Assembly: GCA_963666975.2 (NCBI GenBank)
Contig: CAXVYR010000004.1
Span: 1,312,001 to 1,376,000, forward strand
Length of the DNA stretch: 64,000 nucleotides
DNA from: Terriglobia bacterium
GTDB lineage: Bacteria; Acidobacteriota; Terriglobia; 2-12-FULL-54-10
Direction of reading: 5' to 3'
Shown: positions 16,515 to 25,503 of the stretch, one piece after another
Numbering within the stretch: the stretch's first letter is position 1
Layout of the letters: the number at the start of each line of letters is the position of its first letter
Made by a program: the position numbers and the translations under genes
Notes under the pieces: generated by a model
The model's input: the letters and a program-made list of their open reading frames with translations, nothing else
The model's database searches: none
Told to the model about the DNA's origin: nothing

Positions 16515-19187
16515 TTAAAAACTGAATCGGACGCCCAGTTCGACTTCCCTGGGGCTGCGGGCGGAATTGGGCTGTCCGAAAAACGGCGACGTCAAAACGC
16601 CGCTGAACCGCGTGAAATTGGTGTGATTCAGCGCATTCCGCAGGTTTGCGAAGATGCGCATCTCGGGCCCGCCACTCCGGCCTCGGCCTCCTCCTCGTCC
16701 CCCGAAACCGCCGCCGCGTCCACCGCCTCCTCTACCACCTCCGCTACTTGGCCCCCCGCCTCTGCCGGGCCCGCCGATCCCACCCGGCGGAGGCGAGCCG
16801 CCGGGAAAGTTTCTGCCCTGCTGGCCGTTACGGTTCGATTTCAGCGAGATCGTCTTCGACAGGGTTAGGTCAATATTGAACAATCCCGGCCCCTCGCCAG
16901 AGTTCCTTTGGACGCCGGCAGGACGGTCATTGGTGACGGTGTCGTTGTTGTCATCCTTCCCGGTGATGATATTGAAAGGCCGTCCGGAGTTCGCCCGCAG
17001 CCGTGTATTGGCCGTAAGATTCCAGGGAAGCTGCAGGTTGAAGCCGGTGAAGACCGAATGCCGCCGGTCTTGCGAGGAGCGTCCCCAATCGGCGCGCAGG
17101 TTGTGGTTGTTGGCCGGGAGGCTGAAGGGCCCGTCGGTGTCGCTGTAGTTCCTGGAATAGGTATAGCGAGCGAAAATGGAGGTGCGGCCGATCCGCCCGT
17201 TCACTCGAACTCCCAGGGAGTGGTAAGAGGACATTGCGGTCGATTCCAGCAGGTTGACATTGCCACGGGTCGGGTCGGGAACCTCGATTTCGCCGGGGAG
17301 CGGCGCGTTCAGGTTCCGGCTGCGGTACAGGTGGATGCCGCGAACAAAGTCATAGGTCACTGCCGCGAACAGGCCCTTCGGCAGGCGTTTCTCAAAAGAA
17401 ACCGAGGAGTTCATCGTGTAGGGTAAAGCCAGGTCCCCGGCGCGCTCGCGCAGCGAGGTGGGAGGGATGGCCTCCACCCCGCCTCCGGTAACGAACGGGT
17501 CCGGATACGACGGGTTTCGGATTACGGTCTGCAATTGCCTGGTGCCGTCCAGGCGGAGCAGCGACGCCACCGTCCCCGTCGCCAGCCTTTGGTGGAACAG
17601 TCCCACGCCGCCGCGCAAGACAGTGGTCCGGTCGAGCGCGTACGCCACACCGAGGCGCGGATCGAAGTTGTTCTTGTCGCCGATGTGGGTCTGCGCCTCG
17701 TATCGGAGGCCGAAAGAGAGCGTCAGATTGGGCTTCAGCTTCAGATCGCTTTGCAGGAACGCGCCAAACTCCAACTGATTGGTGTCGAGCATCGGGTCCC
17801 CGCTGTTGATGGTAAAAGTTGTCGGGCGGTTTTCCTGAAACGCTTCCAGACTGGAAAAGACGAAGGTTCCCAGGAAGTTGTTTTCCGAAAGGCTGCGGTA
17901 TTGCTGGTAGTCGGCCTGCAGACCCGTCTTGAGGCTGAGGCTGCCCAAGGTGGCCATCAGGGCGTTGCCGAACTGGTAGTTGCGGTCCGTCTGCCGGCTC
18001 CGGTTTGTGGCGCCGCCGCTCCGGAAGGCGTCCAGGACGTTGATCGCCACGCCTTCTCCCAGCGGCTCGCTGTTCGACCGGTTCCGACGGAACCGGAAGC
18101 GGGTCTCGTGAACCATTGCATTCGAGAGGGTGGAAGTTTCACTGACCTGAAAAGTAAAGTTGTTCGATTCGGATTGCGAAGCCCGCTCCGGCAGCGTGAA
18201 ACCGCCGACACCCTGGTTTTCTCGGTCGCGCGTGGAATATCTCGCCATCAGGCTCAGGGAATGATTTTGGGACAGCTCGTACTTGCTGCGGCCCATCAAT
18301 TCGTTTCTCCGGTTGGGGTGAACGATGGCGGTGGAAAACGGTCCGTCGGCGGTGATCGCCTGCACGGTATCGCTGTCTTCCGCGGTGGAACGTCTGGCAG
18401 AGAGGGAAAACGACATCCGCTCCCGGAGAATCGGACCGCTGAGGTTGGCGCGGAAAGAGCGCTGCTGGTAGGGAGGTTTTGTGTCGGCAAACGCATTGCG
18501 CGCATTCAGGGCCTCATCGCGGAAGTTGAAACTGAGATTGCCGCGGAATTGGTCCGTTCCCGCGCGGGTGAACACCTCAATGCGGCCGCGCCCCGGACGG
18601 CTGTATTCGGCGCTGAAGGGATTCCGGTTGATCCGGATTTCCCGGATCTGGTCCCTTGGAGGCAGTTGGCCGCCGGAAAAGCCGTCCACGATGAAGTCCG
18701 TTCCGCCGGTGGCGTCGGCTCCGGGCCCGGCCATCTCCCGGAGAAGCTCTGCCAGTTCTTCTTCGTCCTCGGGCAGGTCGCGCAAATCCTCTTCATCGAG
18801 CACGATGGCCGTCAGGTTTTGATCCGGCTCCAGGCTGATCGTGTAAGGGTCTTCCTCCACATCCACCGATTGCCGGATGGGAGCCAGGTTAAGGGTTACC
18901 GAAAAAGCGGACATGCCGGCTTGGACCGCAATGACCTCCCTGTAAGGCTCAAAATCGGGAGCAGCTACATGAAGCCGGTACTCCCCCGGCGGAAGGGAAA
19001 GTTCAAACTCCCCGCCGTTGCCGGTCCGGGTTTCCGCCACAACCGCTTCGCCTGCGTAGGCCGTGACCGAGGCGCCCTGGATCAAGGCCCCGGTGGAGTC
19101 AAGCACGCGACCCTTCAGCGTCTCGGTTTGTGCCCAGGCTGCGGTCGTCACCAGCAGCGATGCAATCAGGAGCAAAAAGCTTCGCAT
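16515..19187 (-). CDS. TonB-dependent receptor (Oar-like, carboxypeptidase-regulatory N-terminal domain)
   Basis: GRVLDSTGALIQGASVT, NPFSAEYSRPGRGRIEVFTRAGT, LNARNAFA, NNFDPRLGVAY, C-terminal PREVELGVRFSF. Confidence 0.9.
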   Translation of the reverse strand: MRSFLLLIASLLVTTAAWAQTETLKGRVLDSTGALIQGASVTAYAGEAVVAETRTGNGGEFELSLPPGEYRLHVAAPDFEPYREVIAVQAGMSAFSVTLNLAPIRQSVDVEEDPYTISLEPDQNLTAIVLDEEDLRDLPEDEEELAELLREMAGPGADATGGTDFIVDGFSGGQLPPRDQIREIRINRNPFSAEYSRPGRGRIEVFTRAGTDQFRGNLSFNFRDEALNARNAFADTKPPYQQRSFRANLSGPILRERMSFSLSARRSTAEDSDTVQAITADGPFSTAIVHPNRRNELMGRSKYELSQNHSLSLMARYSTRDRENQGVGGFTLPERASQSESNNFTFQVSETSTLSNAMVHETRFRFRRNRSNSEPLGEGVAINVLDAFRSGGATNRSRQTDRNYQFGNALMATLGSLSLKTGLQADYQQYRSLSENNFLGTFVFSSLEAFQENRPTTFTINSGDPMLDTNQLEFGAFLQSDLKLKPNLTLSFGLRYEAQTHIGDKNNFDPRLGVAYALDRTTVLRGGVGLFHQRLATGTVASLLRLDGTRQLQTVIRNPSYPDPFVTGGGVEAIPPTSLRERAGDLALPYTMNSSVSFEKRLPKGLFAAVTYDFVRGIHLYRSRNLNAPLPGEIEVPDPTRGNVNLLESTAMSSYHSLGVRVNGRIGRTSIFARYTYSRNYSDTDGPFSLPANNHNLRADWGRSSQDRRHSVFTGFNLQLPWNLTANTRLRANSGRPFNIITGKDDNNDTVTNDRPAGVQRNSGEGPGLFNIDLTLSKTISLKSNRNGQQGRNFPGGSPPPGGIGGPGRGGGPSSGGGRGGGGRGGGFGGRGGGRGRSGGPEMRIFANLRNALNHTNFTRFSGVLTSPFFGQPNSARSPREVELGVRFSF

Positions 19188-19355
19188 GATCGAATGGTCT
19201 CCCAGGATCGGGACAGACACACCTAACCTGCCTTCATTGTAAACCCGAAAAGGCCTGCAAAAGTCGCGGTAATAAGGTCTGGCTGTTGCCGGGGCAATGC
19301 CTTTCTCTCCGGCAGCCGATCAGCTCTCAGGCCAACTTCATGTAGTGGGTCAGTA

Positions 19356-20783
19356 TCAAGCAAGGTTACGCCGCCGCCAGTAGAAGTACAGCGGCAAGCC
19401 CAGCAGGACAGTAGCGATACCCAGCAGTGACTCCGTCGGCCGGCTCCGGAAAGTGAAGATCAAAATCCAGGCGGAGAATACCAAGAAAAGGAGCGGAATA
19501 AAGGGATAAAGCGGCACGCGAAAGGGACGGACCAGTTTGGGACGGCGCACCCGCAGAACAATCACCGCGCCCACCGCCAGGGCGGAGAAAAACACCATGG
19601 CAAATCCGGAGTAGACAATCAACTGCTCAAATGTTCCCGAGAGAACCAGCACGGAGGTCCACAGCGCCAGGACAAAGGTCGATGCCGCAGGGGTCCGGAA
19701 GCGGGGATGGATACCCGCCAGCCGCATGGGAAACAGTTTGTCGGTGGCCATAGCATAATAGACTCTGGGAGCTACCAGAATCATGGCGCTGGCTGAGGCG
19801 AGGATGGAAAGCGCCATGAAGGCCGCCACCACATGAGTCGCCACAGGGCCGAAAAGTGCCAGGGAAGCTTTCTCTCCCACCTGCAACACCCCGCTCATCC
19901 CCGAGATGCCCAGGCCATAGAGGAACACTACATTCAGGCCGAGATAGAGCAGGGCCACCACGCCGGTCCCGGCCAGCAAAGAAGCCGGGATGGTTTTGTG
20001 CGGCTGCCGCATTTCCCCTGCGATGTATGCCGCTGCGTTCCAACCGCTGAAGGAAAACAAAACAAAAATCAGCGAGACGGCTCCGTTGCGCAGCGCGCCC
20101 ACGGGAACAAGCCCCTCCGGGCCGGATTGGAGATGCCCCCAATCGCCCGTTCCGAGCGCCACGCCCAGCACAATCACGGCGACAAGGGCGGCGATCTTAA
20201 TGAAAGTCAACCCCACCTGCAACCGGCTGCCGTGCCGCACACTGGAGATGTGAATCAAGGCGAGCGACCACACAATGACCAATGCAAAAAGCTGGCCTCC
20301 GCTCAACTGTATCTGGAGGGAGCCGAGTGGAACCGACCATAAAATGTTTTCGGGGCTCAGCAGGGGAGCAAAGTGAGACAGATAGGCGGCCACGCCGATG
20401 GCGGCGGCGGCGATCGGCGCTGGGAAAGCAATGACGCAAGATGTCCAGCCGGTCAAATAGCCCCACAGGGGGCCATAGGTTTCCCGCAAGTAAACGTATT
20501 CTCCCCCCGCTTCGGGAAAGGCTGCGCCCAATTCGCTATAGGAGAGCGCCCCGGCTAGTGCTAAAATAGCGCCTAGGACCCAGATCGCCAGTATCGCGAA
20601 AGGGCTTCCCAGGTCCCGAGCCAGAAAGCCCGGTGTGGTAAAGATGCCGACCCCGATACAATTGGCTATCACCACGGAGGCTGCGGTGACGGCTCCGACG
20701 GAACGCTGTAGAGATGGCTGAGAGCTTACCTGATCCAAGTGTCGGTTGGTATCCTCTCTGGGATTATGAGATGGGGGCTTCAT
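19356..20783 (-). CDS. APC-family amino acid permease
   Basis: IGVGIFTTPG, YSELGAAFPEAGGEYVYL, FSFSGWNAAAYIAGE, RPFRVPLYP. Confidence 0.93.
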   Translation of the reverse strand: MKPPSHNPREDTNRHLDQVSSQPSLQRSVGAVTAASVVIANCIGVGIFTTPGFLARDLGSPFAILAIWVLGAILALAGALSYSELGAAFPEAGGEYVYLRETYGPLWGYLTGWTSCVIAFPAPIAAAAIGVAAYLSHFAPLLSPENILWSVPLGSLQIQLSGGQLFALVIVWSLALIHISSVRHGSRLQVGLTFIKIAALVAVIVLGVALGTGDWGHLQSGPEGLVPVGALRNGAVSLIFVLFSFSGWNAAAYIAGEMRQPHKTIPASLLAGTGVVALLYLGLNVVFLYGLGISGMSGVLQVGEKASLALFGPVATHVVAAFMALSILASASAMILVAPRVYYAMATDKLFPMRLAGIHPRFRTPAASTFVLALWTSVLVLSGTFEQLIVYSGFAMVFFSALAVGAVIVLRVRRPKLVRPFRVPLYPFIPLLFLVFSAWILIFTFRSRPTESLLGIATVLLGLPLYFYWRRRNLA

Positions 20784-20960
20784 TCTAGCCGAAACGATTC
20801 GCGACCCCAAGAGGAAAGAGCGGGTTGCCGAAGCTTTTATGAGGTGCCAGGCCGGATTTTCTGTTCAGCCGGTTTGGGGACAATCGGCAGAGAAAAGTGA
20901 GTTGTCCGGCCAAAACAGAAGGCAATAATTTTTTACGCAAAAGAAAGAAATACCCGGCAT

Positions 20961-21115
20961 AGGAGGTGGAACGGTGAGACGAACGCCTCTTCGGAGTTTC
21001 AGTCTGCTACTTGTTTCGGTGTCTAGGATTTGCGCGCCGCGGTGGAGAGCGCGGCACAAAAGCCCTCAATGGAACTGCTGGAAGCAAGACCTTCGGCCAC
21101 TTTAGAAGGCTTTAG
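20961..21115 (+). pseudogene. Frameshifted remnant of a paralog of the downstream lipoprotein
   Basis: AGGAGG RBS, GTG and a hydrophobic stretch; ATGGAACTGCTGGAAGCAA (21069-21087) is identical to 21600-21618 and both are followed by CGGCCAC. Confidence 0.45.
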
Positions 21116-21446
21116 ACCCCTCATTTCCGTTTTCAAATTCCAAAGCTAACCTTATGCCGACCTCCGATGCCAATACTCATGCTGGTTCCAGCGTCAATCT
21201 GGCATTCAGGGGGTCCAAACCCAGTGGGTGAGAAACAAAATCAGCCATTTCAGCTCTCTCTTAACAGGATCGAGCCGCGATGCCACCCCAAAGAGGCCAT
21301 GGAGATCTGAGCTTGGGATGATAGGGCCGCTGGCGTATAATCTGGAGCCGAGCGAAATTGGAAGTCGACAAATCCCGCTAACCAGAAGCAGTTCGCGGGT
21401 AATGGAGGGGAATAAACTCCCGAAATTCTTGCAGAGGGGGATTAAG

Positions 21447-21899
21447 ATGTCGAAATACATGGACCGGATGGTAGTTTTTTTGTTATTGATCGGCATTGTC
21501 CTTATTGGGTGTGGACCAGCACAGGAACAGCCATCTGTGCAGACGGAAGCACCTGTAGAAGCCGAGCCTAGCGGCGCTGAGGCGAGATTACAACCGCAGA
21601 TGGAACTGCTGGAAGCAAAAATTGCGGCCACGCAGACGGCCTTCAACATCGACGGTCAGGTGAAGAATATCTCTCCGCGGGAAGTGAGCGGAGTGGAAGT
21701 CTATTGTGATTTCCAGAACGTAAACGGCGAGAGCATACGCGTCGAGCGAGGATACCTGGATACGGACCCGCTGGCTGCCGGCGCGACATCGACGTTCAAG
21801 ATCAGCACCCAGTATGACGTCAATATCAAGCGCTTCAACGTCACTTTCGGAAGAACGTTTGGAGGCCCGCTGGTTACCAAGGACAGCCGCGAGCAGTAG
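21447..21899 (+). CDS. Lipoprotein with FxLYD-like Ig domain
   Basis: Lipobox LIG-C; IDGQVKNISPREVSGVEVYCDFQNVNGE...LAAGATSTFKI. Confidence 0.7.
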   Translation: MSKYMDRMVVFLLLIGIVLIGCGPAQEQPSVQTEAPVEAEPSGAEARLQPQMELLEAKIAATQTAFNIDGQVKNISPREVSGVEVYCDFQNVNGESIRVERGYLDTDPLAAGATSTFKISTQYDVNIKRFNVTFGRTFGGPLVTKDSREQ

Positions 21900-21968
21900 A
21901 GGGTTGCCATCGGTGGATGGCGATTCTCCGGGTGGCGCGCTCGCGCCGATCAGCTTGCGCGGCAGCCC

Positions 21969-22565
21969 TTAGCGGTCAAACTCGACCTGCGGCGCCTCGC
22001 GGTCCTCTTCGGTGGTTTCGAAGTAGGCATCTTCCCGCTCGAATCCGGAAAAAGAAGCCACCAGGTTGTTGGGAAATAGCTGGATATAGGTGTTGTAGCC
22101 CTGGACGGTTTGGTTGTAGCGGCGGCGCTCGATGGCGACCCGGTTTTCTGTTCCTGCCAGTTCATCCTGCAGACGCAGAAAGTTTTCATTCGCCTTCAGA
22201 TTGGGATAGTTTTCGACGATCACCAGCAGGCGGGAAAGAGCCGATTCGATTTGCTGGTTGGCGGCGATGCTCTCTCCCGGAGTGCGTGCCCCGGCCAGCG
22301 CCGCGCGCGCGTCGGCCAGCCGCGTGAAGATCTCTTCTTCGTGGGCGGCATAGCCCTTTACGGTTGACACCAGGTTGGGGATTAGATCGGCCCGCCGCTG
22401 GAGCACCACATCCACCTGAGCCCAGTTGCCCGTGATCGCTTCTTTCTGGCGAACCATTTCATTGCGATGGCCCATGAAGGTGGAAAACAGCGCGATGCCC
22501 ACCACGAGCACGACCCCGACGATGACGGCGGCTACAATGGCGAATATCTTCAAGCCTTTGGACAC
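21969..22565 (-). CDS. lemA: LemA family protein
   Basis: WAQVDVVLQRRADLIPNLVSTVKGYA, ENYPNLKANENFLRLQDELAGTENR. Confidence 0.96.
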   Translation of the reverse strand: MSKGLKIFAIVAAVIVGVVLVVGIALFSTFMGHRNEMVRQKEAITGNWAQVDVVLQRRADLIPNLVSTVKGYAAHEEEIFTRLADARAALAGARTPGESIAANQQIESALSRLLVIVENYPNLKANENFLRLQDELAGTENRVAIERRRYNQTVQGYNTYIQLFPNNLVASFSGFEREDAYFETTEEDREAPQVEFDR

Positions 22566-22575
22566 TCCTGCTCCT

Positions 22576-22604
22576 CCGTTCTGTTACCGTTCTGTTACCG
22601 TTCT
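22576..22604. repeat. 11-bp tandem repeat x2.6 upstream of lemA
   Basis: CCGTTCTGTTA CCGTTCTGTTA CCGTTCT. Confidence 0.8.
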
Positions 22605-22646
22605 TTTGCTCTCTGCATGCTTCCCACGGCGCTGTGCGCTTCTAAG

Positions 22647-22787
22647 AGGTTGTTGAATGGTCCGCTTGCTAACCCCTCGGCTTCGCTCGGGACAGGCGCG
22701 CTCGGCTCGGTAAGCGCAGCCCAATCAGCACGCCGATTCCGAGCCGCGACCGTGAGGGAGCGGGTAAATGGTGTTTTTCAACAACCT
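22647..22787. repeat. REPIN/MITE-like element: 11-bp terminal IRs around an inverted pair of family A REPs
   Basis: AGGTTGTTGAA...TTCAACAACCT; right REP CCGAGCCGCGACCGTGAGGGAGCGG (22739-22763); left REP interrupted by CCTCGGCTTCGCTCGGGACAG. Confidence 0.7.
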
Positions 22788-22862
22788 GCTAACGCTAACC
22801 GTCAAACTAAATCCCAGTAAACAGCGCGCCTCTTTATAGTACACCGGAAACCGCACCGGCCT

Positions 22863-23585
22863 CTACGGGCGCTTTCCCATTTGGTCCACGGCCACTGCCA
22901 GCCGGGAGACCTGCTCCAGGTAGGAGCCGAACAAGTCATGCACGTGGCTGGAGGGCAGCTTCTCGGTCCCCTCGCGGATTCCCAGCACGGTGAGGAACGG
23001 GGCCGCTTCGATGGAAAAATGGGATGAGGCGGCCTGGAAGGTCTCCCGCTTCCGTGCGGGAGCGGTGATTCCAGCCAGGATCAGCGCGTGACGGGCCATG
23101 GTGGCGATGGCCGGCAGAGACTCCACCATCAACCGTGTCACTTCCTTTTCGTGCCGTTGCAACCTCAAGTACCGTTCCCGCAGACGCAACAAGTCGGAGC
23201 GCAGTTCGTGCTCTACTTGCCGGCGGTGGTGCCGCGTGTCGACTTGAATCCCGGCGACCAAGTCTTCCCCGTGCAGGATGCGATGGCTTTGCTGAATGTC
23301 CAGGAACTCGATGGGGAAGGCATCGTGGGAGTTTTTGGTCTCTTCGAGCGAGAGCAGCAGCGGGGCGGGCTGCTTCTGCTTGATCCACCACGCAATGGCC
23401 TTCTCTCCCCGGCGCAATTCGGAAACCCCTACCTGGCGCAGGGTGCAGAGCACGTTGAGGTCGGAATATTTCTTCTGATAATCGTCGCTGGCCGCCGAGC
23501 CGTACAGGACCACGCTCACCAAGTCGTTCCCGTAGGCCTCGCGCAGCCGCTTCACCAGCTCTTCCAGTAGTTGTTCTTTTTCCAT
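22863..23585 (-). CDS. Nucleotidyltransferase-domain protein of the lemA/TPM cluster
   Basis: VVLYGSAA...SDLNVL pol-beta-like motif; DAFPIEFLDI. Confidence 0.8.
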   Translation of the reverse strand: MEKEQLLEELVKRLREAYGNDLVSVVLYGSAASDDYQKKYSDLNVLCTLRQVGVSELRRGEKAIAWWIKQKQPAPLLLSLEETKNSHDAFPIEFLDIQQSHRILHGEDLVAGIQVDTRHHRRQVEHELRSDLLRLRERYLRLQRHEKEVTRLMVESLPAIATMARHALILAGITAPARKRETFQAASSHFSIEAAPFLTVLGIREGTEKLPSSHVHDLFGSYLEQVSRLAVAVDQMGKRP

Positions 23586-23703
23586 TGAGATGATCCTTCA
23601 GTTTTTCCTTCCCAGTTTTTCCCGCCGGAGAAGACGGAAGACGGAAGACGAGTGATGCCGAACGGGCCGGGCTTTCCTCCTCAACTGACCTTGCCAACCG
23701 CCC

Positions 23704-24516
23704 TCACCAACTGCCGGATGCGCCGCCGCCTCCGAAACCTCCCCCTCCAAATCCTCCAAAGCCTCCTCCGCCACCGCTAAAGCCTCCCAGGCCGCGTCCC
23801 ATCATGCCTGCGCCATAAAGCGGCATTCCATACCAGCCGCCTCCGCGGCGCCCCCGGCGGCGAAAAAGCAGAAAGGGGAGGAGAAAAAACATTGGCAGGA
23901 GCCGTCTCAAACCGCCTCGCGAGCTGACGCCTGTTCTGTCTTGGGGCCTGACGCCGGAGAGTACGTTGAGGGTGACGCCGGAGTCCTCGGCAATGACCTG
24001 GGCGATCGATACCATTCCCAGGGCGATAGCGTTGTCGTAGTCGCCGCTTTGCAGGTGCGGGGTCATGGCGCGCAGAATGTCGCCCGAGCGGCCGTCGGTG
24101 ATGATGGGCTCCAGGCCATACCCGACCTCAATGCGGTTGCGGCGGTCCTCGATGGCCAGAAACAGCAGGATGCCGCGGTCCTGCTGATCCCCGATTCCCC
24201 AGCGAGTAGCCAGGTCGTTGACGAAAAGTTCCAGCGACTCGCCTTCCAGCGACGGCACCGTCACGACTGCCATCTGAGCGCCTGTTTTTTGCTGGAGTTC
24301 CGCCGCCAAGCCCTCCAACTGCTGCCGCGCCCCCGCGCTGAGGACGCCGGCAAAGTCGTTGATGTAGCCCTGCGGTTTTTCCTGCGGAACCTGACCGTGC
24401 GCCGCCAGACCCGGCAGAAAAAGAACAAGGACCAACAGGGCGCTTGCGGCGGCGGAGCGAATGGGAACCCGGATGGAGAGAGCCATACCGGGCAGAAAAG
24501 TAGAAGTTAGGAACAT
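23704..24516 (-). CDS. TPM-domain (YgcG-like) membrane protein
   Basis: INDFAGVLS, RIEVGYGLE, Gly-rich tail GGFGGGGASGSW. Confidence 0.92.
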   Translation of the reverse strand: MFLTSTFLPGMALSIRVPIRSAAASALLVLVLFLPGLAAHGQVPQEKPQGYINDFAGVLSAGARQQLEGLAAELQQKTGAQMAVVTVPSLEGESLELFVNDLATRWGIGDQQDRGILLFLAIEDRRNRIEVGYGLEPIITDGRSGDILRAMTPHLQSGDYDNAIALGMVSIAQVIAEDSGVTLNVLSGVRPQDRTGVSSRGGLRRLLPMFFLLPFLLFRRRGRRGGGWYGMPLYGAGMMGRGLGGFSGGGGGFGGFGGGGFGGGGASGSW

Positions 24517-24605
24517 GCTGGCAGGTTCAGGTTATCACGCTTGCAGCAAAGCACAAAGGAACGGAAAGGCAGGGAGGGGGGAGAGGGAAGTTGTTTGGGC
24601 AAAGC

Positions 24606-25355
24606 TTATTGCTCCGAGGCCACAAAGAGCGAGTCCTGCAACGGAAGGTTGTATTGGACTTTTTGGATGAAGGCTTCGAAGATTTTTCTGCCGTGCCGCT
24701 GGCGCGTTATCTGCCGGGGCGCGGTGACGCCCTGCCCGGTGAAGTAGTTGGAAAGAATCTCCTCCTCCTCAATTCGCTCGCGGGTCTTCGGGTCGCGGCG
24801 TATCCAGACTACCCGCGCTGGCAGATGGGATAGCCGGTCCAAATAGAAAGTGGCAACGCGATTGTCCGCATCGATGAAGTTCACCACATCCACTGCCTGC
24901 GCGCCCAGGAAGTCCCTCCCGGCATACTCCAGCAGGATGCCCGGCTCCCCCAGCCGGTAACGAAGAATGTAGAAGGCGCTCATCGACTCCCGTTCCAGGT
25001 GCGCTTTCATTTCTTCCGGGGGAAAGGGTTTCGCCCCATGGATGTCGATCTCCCAGCCATGGTCGCCGCTGTAGACTATGATCGTTTCTTTGTTCTTGCC
25101 GTATTCTTCCCGCTGCTGGTCCGGGTAACGGGTGTAGGAGACAAAGGTTGACAGGCCGGTGAGCTGGTCCCGCCGGAAAGAATAAACCCTGCCCTCCATT
25201 TTGGCGCTTTCCAGATTCAGAAAGGCCTCGCCTCCCAGGGCTTCTATGGATTGGTGGAGCAGTTTGCGGCCTTGTTCGGCCTGATCCTGTGCCAGAGCCG
25301 AACTGGCTGCCGAACTGGTTATGGCAAGGAAGAGCAGACTTAAGATGACCTTCAT
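24606..25355 (-). CDS. Hypothetical exported protein (possible LolA-like fold)
   Basis: Signal peptide; ALGGEAFL, beta-rich body, YNLPLQDSLF ending. Confidence 0.65.
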   Translation of the reverse strand: MKVILSLLFLAITSSAASSALAQDQAEQGRKLLHQSIEALGGEAFLNLESAKMEGRVYSFRRDQLTGLSTFVSYTRYPDQQREEYGKNKETIIVYSGDHGWEIDIHGAKPFPPEEMKAHLERESMSAFYILRYRLGEPGILLEYAGRDFLGAQAVDVVNFIDADNRVATFYLDRLSHLPARVVWIRRDPKTRERIEEEEILSNYFTGQGVTAPRQITRQRHGRKIFEAFIQKVQYNLPLQDSLFVASEQ

Positions 25356-25503
25356 GACGGTTTCCCCATCAGCTTTCCTTCAACTATTTTCCATCAACTT
25401 ATGATCCGGTTGCTTTCGAGACGCCGCCATTTTAGTCGCTTAGGAGTCGCCAATTCGCGGTGGCTGTCAACGAACTTCAAACTTCCGGGAATAGCCGGTG
25501 CGG

